64,000 nucleotides of DNA from Planctomycetota bacterium (GTDB taxonomy: Bacteria; Planctomycetota; UBA1135): assembly GCA_018671175.1 (NCBI GenBank), contig JABHIE010000030.1:2146-66145 (forward strand). Reading direction: 5' to 3'. Below, piece after piece: positions 19,505-28,692 of the stretch; within the stretch, counting starts at the first letter, position 1, and each line of letters opens with the position of its first letter. The notes under the pieces were generated by a model. That model was not told the origin of the DNA. It did not search any database and saw only the letters and a list, made by a program, of their open reading frames with translations. Made by a program: the position numbers and the translations under genes.

Positions 19505-20311
19505 TTAAAAATTGAGCTCTTCTTCGCCCATGTCAATGCTGGACTGCAATAGCGCGGCCTCAAGCAATGGGGTTAGGTCTTGAACCAATGCGCCCTCAGG
19601 GATTTCCAACTCAAAGGCGCCATCTTTAAACGCCTCGACTGTTTTCGTGTTCGATGTTGAAAAAGAAAACTGGCCTTTTTCTTTTTGGGTCACCTCTAAT
19701 GAAAGTGGCATCCAAGTCTTTTCGTCAAAAACGACCTTGCCGCTACGAACGGCGTCATTAAAGGTAAAAGCACGGGGCGATTTAACAGAATCGTCAAGAT
19801 GGATGTCTTTAATAATCGCTGCGAACTCAGTCGTTTGGGTTAACAAAAAATCTGCAAGAAACCCTGGCTTAACTGATTTTTCAAATATGGGTAAAACAGA
19901 CAAATCAAACCTAAACACTTCAAATGGAATCGCGGTTTTGAATTCTTCGGGAAGCCGCAAGTGGACCGAGAATACGCCAGAATTCCAGACCGCTGTTGCG
20001 GAACCATCAAACTTTAAGTCAAGTGGCCCAGGAAAGCGGAAACTCACGCTAAGTGAAAAATGCAAGTGGTCTTGATACTTGATGTGGCCCTTAGCCTCGA
20101 AAAGCTGCTCGCTTTCCAGTGCGGGCGTCTCTGAAATGAACACAATCGCAAAATCGGTCTCCCATGAATTAGCCGCTAACTTCGATAGACCCGTGATGGC
20201 CTCCGCGATGGCTTCTTGCTCCGCGATGGCTTCTTGCTCCGCGATGGCTTCTTGGGAAGTAACTAGTGAGAGCAGGAGCATGCCCGCTAATAGAGTGGCC
20301 AAGAATTTCAT
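19505..20311 (-). CDS. Exported protein, LolA-like fold suspected (paralog 2)
   Basis: Clear homology to the neighbour (SWE.DF, KGHI.YQD.LHF, VQD.T, DMGEEEL.F). Confidence 0.6.
   Translation of the reverse strand: MKFLATLLAGMLLLSLVTSQEAIAEQEAIAEQEAIAEAITGLSKLAANSWETDFAIVFISETPALESEQLFEAKGHIKYQDHLHFSLSVSFRFPGPLDLKFDGSATAVWNSGVFSVHLRLPEEFKTAIPFEVFRFDLSVLPIFEKSVKPGFLADFLLTQTTEFAAIIKDIHLDDSVKSPRAFTFNDAVRSGKVVFDEKTWMPLSLEVTQKEKGQFSFSTSNTKTVEAFKDGAFELEIPEGALVQDLTPLLEAALLQSSIDMGEEELNF
20201..20254. repeat. Coding tandem repeat, 3 x 18 bp
   Basis: ctccgcgatggcttcttg in three perfect copies, encoding QEAIAE x3. Confidence 0.95.
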
Positions 20312-20322
20312 GATATTTCAGT

Positions 20323-20838
20323 TTACCCAAAGAGTGTCATAGACAGCCAAACGACCTGGAAGACTCCAACGGCAAGCTTGAGGCCTTTTCCGGCGAGCGA
20401 GCCAAGAAATGCACCCCAGCCAGCGCCAGACAATTCACTCCATTTGCGGCCCGCAAAAATCATCTCAAAAGCAACCGCGCCCAGAAACGCCCCAGCTGCG
20501 GCACCAAAGAGCGTACCGATAACTGGAATCGGAATCAGGAAAGTTAAGCTCAATGCACCCACGAAGCCACCGATAAAGGCGCCGAACATGCCTGATTTAC
20601 CGGCACCTCCTGCTTTTGCAAATCTCGCGGCCATTACTGTGTCTGCAATTTCGACTAACAGCGCGGCGCCGAATAAAACACTTACCGGAAGCCAGTTGCC
20701 ACCAAGCCAAAGCGGAGAAACCAACCCAGCAAGCGCGATGAGCCAATTGCCGGGCAAGCCGATTGGAATCAAAACGAGACCGATCAGCGCAATCACGACG
20801 CTAGAACCCACAAGGAGCATTTCAAGGAGGCCATCCAT
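20323..20838 (-). CDS. DUF456-family membrane protein
   Basis: LPGNWL, G.GK.G..GA..GG..G, GAFLGA...E pattern; hydrophobic. Confidence 0.8.
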   Translation of the reverse strand: MDGLLEMLLVGSSVVIALIGLVLIPIGLPGNWLIALAGLVSPLWLGGNWLPVSVLFGAALLVEIADTVMAARFAKAGGAGKSGMFGAFIGGFVGALSLTFLIPIPVIGTLFGAAAGAFLGAVAFEMIFAGRKWSELSGAGWGAFLGSLAGKGLKLAVGVFQVVWLSMTLFG

Positions 20839-20898
20839 GTTGAAAGCATAACCGACCGTGGCGCGTCAGGGGTGGCTGGCGGGATTAAACTCATGGGC

Positions 20899-21783
20899 AT
20901 GATTCGCGCGCAAAGCCTCTCGAAAACCTATGGTAAAAAAACCGTGTTGCGTGAGGTTTCTATTCAGATTCAAAACGGAGAGATACTTGGCCTCGTCGGC
21001 CCAAACGGTGCCGGCAAAACGACATTCTTGAAATGTCTCTTGGGCATCGCCCGCGCCGATTCTGGCCAGGCGCAAATCGATTCTTTCTGTACCGGCAGAC
21101 AATCACTGGCAGCAAGAAAAATTACGGGTTTTGCGCCTAGTGTGGTTTCGCTTTATGACAACTTAAACGCGGTGCAAACCCTGCAGCTAGCGATTCACGG
21201 ATACCCCGCGCCAAAACTACAGGTCGGTTTAGATTTATTTGATGCTTTTCAATTGCCGCGACAACAAGCGGTTGGCAAATTCAGCCATGGCATGAAACGC
21301 AAACTATTACTGGTTTGCGCACTTGCGGCAAACACTCCAAATCTGGTTTTAGATGAGCCAATGGAAGGGCTCGACCCCGAGGCGCGGCGATTTGTTGAAT
21401 CCTTATTAACAGCCGAGGCGCAAAGCGGGCGATGCATATTGTTTTCATCACACGACCTCGCATCAGTTGAACGAATCTGCCAAAGTGTGGCCTTTTTGCG
21501 TGATGGGCTTTTGCTTGAGCAAGCGCCACTCGCCGAAATACTCGATCGCGCATCCAGGCATATTCAACTTTCTTTCCGCGAGCCACTCACGCTTGAGCAG
21601 CTACCCCAACATGAAAATCTGCAGTGGTCTGGGCAGGGCCTGAAATGGTCGCTGCGTTTTCAGGGCCCGACCGAAAAAGCCTTGGCGATGATTAGCTCAC
21701 TTCCGATTGCAAGCCTGCGCGACTCATCCGCTGGCCTCGAAGATGTTTTTGAAGCCCTATATCGCCCAGAGCTCAGCACATGA
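20899..21783 (+). CDS. ABC transporter ATP-binding protein
   Basis: GPNGAGKTT, FSHGM, LDEP, SSH; start inferred from the leaderless -10. Confidence 0.93.
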   Translation: MIRAQSLSKTYGKKTVLREVSIQIQNGEILGLVGPNGAGKTTFLKCLLGIARADSGQAQIDSFCTGRQSLAARKITGFAPSVVSLYDNLNAVQTLQLAIHGYPAPKLQVGLDLFDAFQLPRQQAVGKFSHGMKRKLLLVCALAANTPNLVLDEPMEGLDPEARRFVESLLTAEAQSGRCILFSSHDLASVERICQSVAFLRDGLLLEQAPLAEILDRASRHIQLSFREPLTLEQLPQHENLQWSGQGLKWSLRFQGPTEKALAMISSLPIASLRDSSAGLEDVFEALYRPELST

Positions 21784-22547
21784 TTGCCTCTCATTTCTTT
21801 CGTGAAAACAGAATGCTTATTTATGGGTATTTCCTACTCATGCATGTCACGGGTGCTTTATCTGTTTTCTTTTGGCCTGAGTTGCGTGAGCAAATCGATC
21901 TCATCGTGCAGCTCATACCGCTAGATGGCGTGCGGCGTTTTGCAGAGGCTTTTCAGACTCAGGGCTACTGGGCCTATTTCGATGCACAAATCCTATTTAA
22001 AGGTGGCGGCATGGTAGCGACGGCCGTTGCTGGCTTACTTGGCTCAGGGCTGATTGCTCGTGAAGCCGACCGCAATACGGCTGAATTCCTACTTTCTCGG
22101 CCAATCTCGCGTGCGCAGATTCTGTTTCGACGATGGCTTGCGGGTTGCGCGATGCTGCTCATCCCCTTTTTCTCTTGCGTCATTTTCTGCTGGGCTCTTT
22201 CTCCACAAGTTGGCGAATCTCTTCAACTTGGCCGCTTGCTTGCCTCAACTGCCCATGTAAGCCTATTCATTCTTGCTGTATTTCAAGCAACGATTTGGTT
22301 GTCTGCTCACAGCACGCAACAATTGCGCGCCGGGATTATCGTGCTCGGTTTCATCATGCTCAACATGGCCATTTATTTGGTTAAGCACATTTGGCACTAC
22401 TCCATTTTTAACATCATCGATTTAGATGTGCTTCTGCCCCTCGCAGATCGGGGGGCCTATCCATGGAAAGAGACCACAACTCTCGCCGCGGCCTCTTTGG
22501 TTTTTTACTTCTTTTCGTGGCGGGCTTTTTCTCGCCGAGATTTTTAA
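21780..22547 (+). CDS. ABC-2 type transporter permease
   Basis: IARE.DR.T.EFLLSRPISR, six TM segments, F.RRD C-terminus; ATGA overlap. Confidence 0.88.
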   Translation: MIASHFFRENRMLIYGYFLLMHVTGALSVFFWPELREQIDLIVQLIPLDGVRRFAEAFQTQGYWAYFDAQILFKGGGMVATAVAGLLGSGLIAREADRNTAEFLLSRPISRAQILFRRWLAGCAMLLIPFFSCVIFCWALSPQVGESLQLGRLLASTAHVSLFILAVFQATIWLSAHSTQQLRAGIIVLGFIMLNMAIYLVKHIWHYSIFNIIDLDVLLPLADRGAYPWKETTTLAAASLVFYFFSWRAFSRRDF

Positions 22548-22551
22548 ACGA

Positions 22552-23814
22552 CTAGTCTAAATAATCACAATCGCCTTGCGTGTAATACCAGTTACGGCCA
22601 TCTATAGCTGCGCGCATAATGCCATAATCACCTTCGGTCGCAACATCAACCGCCATTGGCAATGGAGTCACAATGACTCTGTCCTCCTTTTCAAAAGGAG
22701 AAGGCCGTGTGTTTTTAAGTTGCATTATCGCACGATGCTCAGCTCCGCCTTTATGCACCGCAAAGCGCAAACATGTCGCGCCTGAAACACGAGCGGCGAT
22801 TGATGCGTGAGCCAGCAAAGCCTCTGCAACACCCGATTCGTCGCCGTGCCACAAATCAAGAATCGTCGCAATAGGGATGCCATTAACACGCCCTTCACGC
22901 CAGATGACATAGCCAACAGCGCGGCCATTCTTGCGGGCTAAAACGATGCGGTTTGGGCCGATGGGGCAATTCACATAGCGCCAATTCAAAATCTGTGCTG
23001 TGCGAAAAAAGCACAAGGCATATTGATCTCGATGCCGGGACCAAAGCTCGTCGAATTCTTCACCACATTCTGCAACCTCCTCAAACTGAAAGGAGGAAGT
23101 TGCCGCTTCTTGCGAGGACAAAAACAAGTCGGCAAGTGGCGCGAGCAAACGACCAAACGCGCCCAAGCGATGCTCTAAAGCGGGGGCAAATGAGAGTCTT
23201 TTCTCCCACACATCTAGGGCGAACGCGACTCGATAGCCAAACCAGCGCTTGCCAATTTTGATGGCATCGTCTGTTGATTGCCCACCGTAGGCAAAAGTAA
23301 AACCAGATGCTCCAGCGTCAATGCCCACGCAAGAGGTCACTCCCTTGTAGATAAGGCCACCACCGCGTGCGGACGGCCGAGTTGCGCTCTCACATAGCAT
23401 GATGCACTTTGCGTCTTGGCCTTTGACGCGCACCTTCTTCGACAAGCCGATATTTTCGGACTGAATCTCACCCGTTTCTGAATCAAGCCCCATCCACGCA
23501 ACGGGGTCGCCAGCTGGGTTCTCCCAAAACTTCCACATGAAATGTTCAATGGGTCTCTCTAGGCCAAAGACTAGATTCGTTAACGCATTTGCGGCCTGAG
23601 CGTTCGCACGCGTCATGCGCTCAAAACGGACCCCCCTGCGCGCCGACGGCCAGACAACATTGGGGATATACTCATCTAAATCGATGGGACGCTTCTTCTT
23701 TATTGTTTCCTCTACCGCACTCGCATCAGCGCTTATTGGCGCTTGGCGAGCATGGGTTGCATTTTCCTCAGGCCTCTGGTCTGAGTTTGGCGATGGGTTG
23801 TTATTTTGGTTCAC
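22552..23814 (-). CDS. GNAT-family N-acetyltransferase (tandem GNAT); true start probably downstream, near 23616-23660
   Basis: WKFWENP, SATRPSARGGG, R....LNWRY..CP motifs. Confidence 0.75.
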   Translation of the reverse strand: MNQNNNPSPNSDQRPEENATHARQAPISADASAVEETIKKKRPIDLDEYIPNVVWPSARRGVRFERMTRANAQAANALTNLVFGLERPIEHFMWKFWENPAGDPVAWMGLDSETGEIQSENIGLSKKVRVKGQDAKCIMLCESATRPSARGGGLIYKGVTSCVGIDAGASGFTFAYGGQSTDDAIKIGKRWFGYRVAFALDVWEKRLSFAPALEHRLGAFGRLLAPLADLFLSSQEAATSSFQFEEVAECGEEFDELWSRHRDQYALCFFRTAQILNWRYVNCPIGPNRIVLARKNGRAVGYVIWREGRVNGIPIATILDLWHGDESGVAEALLAHASIAARVSGATCLRFAVHKGGAEHRAIMQLKNTRPSPFEKEDRVIVTPLPMAVDVATEGDYGIMRAAIDGRNWYYTQGDCDYLD

Positions 23815-25429
23815 TTGGGGTGAAAATCTAGGCTTTGATCGATTATGGATGGCCGCGGCGCTTGCGCTTGTGGTGCTTGCAATTGATTTGCCTGTTCAGC
23901 GTAACCCACAGTTTGCTCCATTTCGCTGGTTTCATCGGCTGGTTCTTTATTTTTCCGCACTTCCCGTTGCCGCAAGCTTGCTGGCTCTTGCCGTTTTGCC
24001 TGTTGCCGTGTCATCTGCAATGCAGCCCGACGCGCAAGGCAAGCCAGACGTTTTGGTCATCTTGCTCGATACCGTGCGCGCAGATGCACTGACCCGAGGC
24101 GGATGTGAGCACAACACTTCGCCTCGCCTTGACGCTCTCGCTGCACAAGGCGCTGGGTTTTCACAAACGGTCGCTCAATCTAGCTGGACGAAGCCATCCG
24201 TTGCAACCCTGCTCACGGGTCGCACACCAAGCCACCACCTGGCTGTAGGCCGACCTGCTGTTAACTTTTTCCCAAACCTTGAAAATAATCAACGCGTGTT
24301 GGCCGAGGCCTACGCCATCGAGGGATACGATACTTGCGCTATTTCATCAAACCCCAATATTGCATCGGCTTTTGGTTTCGCTCAAGGTTTTTTTCAATTT
24401 AGCGAAAACTTCTCTTGGCGCGCGGATGACATCCTTGAAACGGGGAATGAGTGGCTTGATGGGCGTCAAAACGACGATCGGCCATTTTTTATGTATATGC
24501 ACTTCAATGATGCGCATTATCCCTATCGACCCATTGCCCCCTATCAAGGTATGTTTAACAAAGGCGACCTTGAGGCGCAGTTAGACGGGCGATCCGAGAG
24601 TGCGTTCCGCTTGGGTGAGCGTGATTATTCTGTCGAAGAAGTCGAGGTTCTTAAACTAAAGTTCTATGAGCAAATTCGATTTTTAGATGACCGCGTAGGT
24701 GGCTTTGTTGAAGAGCAACTCGCAAATAACGATAACTTGATTGTCGTCATTTGCGCGGATCACGGCGAAGAATTTCTTGAGCACGGCGACCTCGGGCATG
24801 GGCACTCGCTTTACGACGAATTGATTTTGGTGCCTTTGCAGTTTTCCTGGAGTGCCAAGCTAGGCGAGCGACTTGGGCTTAAAGCTGGTGCGCATCCAGA
24901 GCAAGTCCGCCTCATGGATGTCATGCCCACTCTGCTCGAATTAACCGATCTTGATTGGCCGGCTGCAGCCCCAAAGCTCGACGGCGAGAGTTTGCTGCCA
25001 TTCCTTTTAGGTAAGCCTGAGCAAGACCGCCCCGCTTTTTCCGAGAGCGACCACCCCGGAAGCCCCCTATCTGGGCCTGCAGGGCCCCTTCGCTCTTGGC
25101 GAGAAGGCCAGTGGAAATATATCGAAAGCGATCGGTGGTCTAGTTCCGCAGACCGCATCTGGCTCTTTGACCTTAAACAAGATAAAGGCGAGACGCGCAA
25201 CTTGGCCGGGCAACCAACCTATGGGCCGCAGCTGCTTTCTCTCACCCAGGCACTAGAGAGCTCCGGTTGGCTCGTCAATAAACCCCAAGCCCCAAGCGCG
25301 CATACGATGCTTCACAATGCAATGAGTGCGTCGATGGAAGAGCTTGGATATGCCGGTGATGTAGCACCAGAAGAAGGCGCAACGGCAGAGTTCGCACCTG
25401 GCGCCGTGCCGTGGTTTTCGCAGGACTGA
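23684..25429 (+). CDS. Membrane-anchored sulfatase-like hydrolase/transferase (alkaline phosphatase superfamily)
   Basis: LDTVRAD, SWTKPSVATLLTG, H.ND.H.PY, ADHGE, GH..SLY; N-terminal TM helices. Confidence 0.88.
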   Translation: MGRFFFIVSSTALASALIGAWRAWVAFSSGLWSEFGDGLLFWFTWGENLGFDRLWMAAALALVVLAIDLPVQRNPQFAPFRWFHRLVLYFSALPVAASLLALAVLPVAVSSAMQPDAQGKPDVLVILLDTVRADALTRGGCEHNTSPRLDALAAQGAGFSQTVAQSSWTKPSVATLLTGRTPSHHLAVGRPAVNFFPNLENNQRVLAEAYAIEGYDTCAISSNPNIASAFGFAQGFFQFSENFSWRADDILETGNEWLDGRQNDDRPFFMYMHFNDAHYPYRPIAPYQGMFNKGDLEAQLDGRSESAFRLGERDYSVEEVEVLKLKFYEQIRFLDDRVGGFVEEQLANNDNLIVVICADHGEEFLEHGDLGHGHSLYDELILVPLQFSWSAKLGERLGLKAGAHPEQVRLMDVMPTLLELTDLDWPAAAPKLDGESLLPFLLGKPEQDRPAFSESDHPGSPLSGPAGPLRSWREGQWKYIESDRWSSSADRIWLFDLKQDKGETRNLAGQPTYGPQLLSLTQALESSGWLVNKPQAPSAHTMLHNAMSASMEELGYAGDVAPEEGATAEFAPGAVPWFSQD

Positions 25430-25446
25430 CCCAATAAACTAACCGA

Positions 25447-25507
25447 AATTGCAAAAATGGTGCGGTTGCTGGCGTGAAATTGCACTTTTTTTGCAATTTT
25501 TGCAATT
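25447..25507. promoter_or_regulatory. Candidate operator upstream of glnA
   Basis: Four AATTGCA/TGCAATT heptamers, including AATTGCA-N7-TGCAATT at 25478-25498. Confidence 0.4.
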
Positions 25508-25586
25508 CTAGGGTGGCAAATATCAATTACTGCGTTATCTTTTCGCCAGGCAAAGAGCGCAACGCCCCCTTGCTGCACACAACATC

Positions 25587-26969
25587 ATGAACACAATGCC
25601 CAAACGATTCTCCACACATGCCAAAATGTCCCGCGAAGACATTTTGACCCACATGAAAGAGCATGATGTCCGTTTTTTGCGCCTGCAATTCATGGATATC
25701 ACAGGCATCAACAAAAACATCGAGGTGCCGCATAGTCAATTCGAAAAAGCGCTCAACGGCGAGGTCATGTTTGATGGCTCTTCCATCGAAGGCTTCACGC
25801 GCATCGAAGAATCAGACATGTTGCTCAAGCCTGATTTTGGCACATACCGCGTTGACCCATGGGACAGCTATGGCGTCCACGAGGCGAGCCATGGGCAAGT
25901 TGCTTCCATTATTTGCGATGTTTACGGCACAGACGAAAAGCCATTTGAAGGCTGCCCGCGAGGCATCCTGCGTAAAGTTATCGCCGAAGCCGCTGAATTG
26001 GGCTACGAAATGATGGCCGGCCCTGAGGCAGAGTTCTTCCTTTTCATGCGCGACGAAGATGGTGGTGCAACAACCAACACTCACGATAGCGCTGGTTACT
26101 TTGACCTCGCGCCTCTTGACCTTGGCGAAGAGTGCCGCCGCGAGATTGTCATCGCTCTTGAAAAGCAGGGTTTTGAAATTGAAGCCGCCCACCACGAAGT
26201 TGCACCGGGCCAGCACGAAATTGATTTCAAATACGGTGGCGCGCTTGAAACCGCCGACCGCTTGTCGACATTCCGCTTCATCGTGCGCCGAGTGGCACGC
26301 GACATGGGCCTCCATGCCACATTTATGCCTAAGCCAATTTTTGGCCAAAACGGTTCGGGGATGCATGTCCACATGTCACTCTTCGAAAACGGTGAAAACA
26401 TCTTCTACGAAGAGGGTGCTGCCGATGGCGGCATTTCTGACCGAATGCGTCACTATGTTGGCGGTTTGCTGAAGCATGCACGCGCCCTGGTTGCCATCAC
26501 CAACCCCACGGTCAATTCATACAAACGGCTCGTCCCTGGTTACGAGGCGCCAACTCACCTTGCTTGGTCGATGCGCAATCGCTCGCCGCTCATCCGCGTC
26601 CCTGATCGCCGCGGCATTAGCACGCGTTGCGAGCTTCGGATGCCTGACCCATCCTGCAACCCATATCTCGCTTTTGCGGCAATGCTCGCCGCAGGCCTTG
26701 ATGGTGTGCGCAATCAAATCGACCCGCCAAACCCGGTTACGGGCAATGTTTATCGCATGAGCGAGCGTGAGCGCACACGCAATAAAATCAAGAGCCTGCC
26801 TGGCAACCTTGGTGAAGCCTTGGTCGCTTTCGAAAAAAGTTCCGTGCTCAAAGAAGCCCTTGGCACTCATGCATCTCAGCAGTTCTTGACTGCCAAGCAT
26901 GCAGAATGGCGTGAGTACATCGCTGCGGTTCACCCCTGGGAACTCGACCGCTATTTGACCTCGATGTAG
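25587..26969 (+). CDS. glnA: Glutamine synthetase type I
   Basis: FDGSSIEGF, GPEAEFFLF, HHEVAPGQHEI, FMPKP, NGSGMH, YKRLVPGYEAP. Confidence 0.98.
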   Translation: MNTMPKRFSTHAKMSREDILTHMKEHDVRFLRLQFMDITGINKNIEVPHSQFEKALNGEVMFDGSSIEGFTRIEESDMLLKPDFGTYRVDPWDSYGVHEASHGQVASIICDVYGTDEKPFEGCPRGILRKVIAEAAELGYEMMAGPEAEFFLFMRDEDGGATTNTHDSAGYFDLAPLDLGEECRREIVIALEKQGFEIEAAHHEVAPGQHEIDFKYGGALETADRLSTFRFIVRRVARDMGLHATFMPKPIFGQNGSGMHVHMSLFENGENIFYEEGAADGGISDRMRHYVGGLLKHARALVAITNPTVNSYKRLVPGYEAPTHLAWSMRNRSPLIRVPDRRGISTRCELRMPDPSCNPYLAFAAMLAAGLDGVRNQIDPPNPVTGNVYRMSERERTRNKIKSLPGNLGEALVAFEKSSVLKEALGTHASQQFLTAKHAEWREYIAAVHPWELDRYLTSM

Positions 26970-26970
26970 C

Positions 26971-28026
26971 CTAAACGCTCGCTTCAGCTATTTTTTGCAT
27001 GGCCAACTCAAGGCCACGCTCAACAGCAAAAGCAAAAGGCTCTGGGTCAGCTGACCCGGGGCCTTTTGCCGCTAAATCGTAAGCCGAGCCATGCATTGGG
27101 CTCACGCGCAACAAGCCTTTAGCGCCGACAAGCAATGTCCAGGCGCGCTCACGACCGAGCAAACGAAGCGGGATAAACGCCTGGTCGTGATAGAGCGCGA
27201 CGACGACATCCCAATGCCCATCGCGACCTTCTCCGAACACGATATCAGGGACGGCGGGGCCAGCCGTTTCAAAGCCCCATTCTTGTTTGGCTCGCTCGAT
27301 GGCCGGCAATAACACTTTTGTTTCTTCTTTGCCAAAGGCGCCGCTTTCGCCGGCATGGGGATTGAGCCCGGCCAAAACGACGCGTGGGTTATCAAGGCCT
27401 AAAGTCTCGCGCGCTGACTCATGCGCGATGCGGATTTGTTTTGCGACCAAACCAATCTCAAGCCGGTCGAGTGCCTCTCGCAAGGCCATGTGCCTCGTGG
27501 CAATCAAAACGCGTAGATCACCCGAGCAAGCCAGCATGCCGTAACGGCGGCTTCCGCTCAACTCGCCGAACATTTGCGTCTGGCCTTCGTAGGGATAACC
27601 GGCCAAATGCATGCTCTCTTTATGGATTGGCGGTGTTACGACTAAATCTGCACCGCCCGACAGGCACAACTGACCTGCACGCAAATTGGCTTCGGTCGAA
27701 GCCAAGCCGAAAGCGGCGCAGGGTTTGCCAATTGGGTCATTTGTTTGAGGCGCCTCTAACTCAATTACAGGCAATGGCCCAGTTGCCGGCAGAGCAAAGC
27801 CCTCTTCGGCCGTCGCCACAGAAACAAGATTGCCAAGCGAGGGCTCGATAACACCAGCGTCCACGCAAGCCGTCGCCAATTTTTGGAGGGCCTCGACTTT
27901 CCCAAACAGCAAGGGGCGACATCTCTCTCGCAACTGAGAGCGAGAAAACACACGCAGGGCAAGTTCAGGGCCGATTCCGCCGGCGTCCCCCTGCGGAACG
28001 GCGACGCGGGGTTTGGCGTAGCTCAG
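26971..28026 (-). CDS. pdxA: 4-hydroxythreonine-4-phosphate dehydrogenase
   Basis: GDAGGIGPE upstream of the called start; TPPIHK, GLNPHAGE, YHDQ, SPMHGSAYD; start probably CTG at 28026. Confidence 0.9.
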   Translation of the reverse strand: MSYAKPRVAVPQGDAGGIGPELALRVFSRSQLRERCRPLLFGKVEALQKLATACVDAGVIEPSLGNLVSVATAEEGFALPATGPLPVIELEAPQTNDPIGKPCAAFGLASTEANLRAGQLCLSGGADLVVTPPIHKESMHLAGYPYEGQTQMFGELSGSRRYGMLACSGDLRVLIATRHMALREALDRLEIGLVAKQIRIAHESARETLGLDNPRVVLAGLNPHAGESGAFGKEETKVLLPAIERAKQEWGFETAGPAVPDIVFGEGRDGHWDVVVALYHDQAFIPLRLLGRERAWTLLVGAKGLLRVSPMHGSAYDLAAKGPGSADPEPFAFAVERGLELAMQKIAEASV

Positions 28027-28685
28027 AAACCGTAGTCTACGAAGAGCAACTCGCCAACATTAGAGATAATAATCTCAATGGGTTTGACGCCGACATTGGC
28101 AGCATTGGGAACAATCAGCAAACGGGTTCGTGCTAAGCTTGGAACGGAGGCGAGCAATTCTCGAAGAGGCAACTCGATGCAAGATGTTGTGATCGTAGTA
28201 TCTAAATTAAAGTTTGGACCAGCAATCAATAACCTCGCGCCAAAATATTCGCGTGGAAGCCACTGCCACACCGCAACATCGCCACGAAGGATGTCAGCGA
28301 CCCAAAACTCGACAACAGCCTGACGCTCAACGGCAAATGCAGAATAACCAAAGTCACGGTTTACGATGCCAAAAGGCATACCATTTGCTGCAAGGATGCG
28401 CTCAGAAAGATCATCTGAGCCAAGGAAGCCCAGCGTTGGGCGATGCGCAAACACCTTAATGTTGGGCTCACTATGCCCAAGACCGCGCCAGAACATTAAA
28501 TCTAAGGCATCGTCTTCGTAGCAGGGAAGACTGCCGACTACAGGATTGTCACCTCTATCAGAATTAATGACATCTTTAGTCGAGGCCGTCAAATCGAACA
28601 CCGGCAATGCAGCAAACAAAATGAGCGACAAAGAGAGGCCAAAAGCCAAACCGAATCGAAGTCTTTGTTTAGGTTGTATTTGCAT
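28023..28685 (-). CDS. Exported or membrane-anchored hypothetical protein
   Basis: Start MQIQPKQ 7 bp after the anti-sigma stop; N-terminal hydrophobic segment. Confidence 0.65.
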   Translation of the reverse strand: MQIQPKQRLRFGLAFGLSLSLILFAALPVFDLTASTKDVINSDRGDNPVVGSLPCYEDDALDLMFWRGLGHSEPNIKVFAHRPTLGFLGSDDLSERILAANGMPFGIVNRDFGYSAFAVERQAVVEFWVADILRGDVAVWQWLPREYFGARLLIAGPNFNLDTTITTSCIELPLRELLASVPSLARTRLLIVPNAANVGVKPIEIIISNVGELLFVDYGF

Positions 28686-28692
28686 CTTGAAT

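Noticed and set aside
20201-20254. Short direct repeats as a possible CRISPR array
   Set aside because: No spacers, an in-frame coding repeat, and no cas genes
25470-25484. Sigma54-like TGGCGTGAAATTGCA upstream of glnA
   Set aside because: The GG-to-GC spacing is 9 nt, not the required 10
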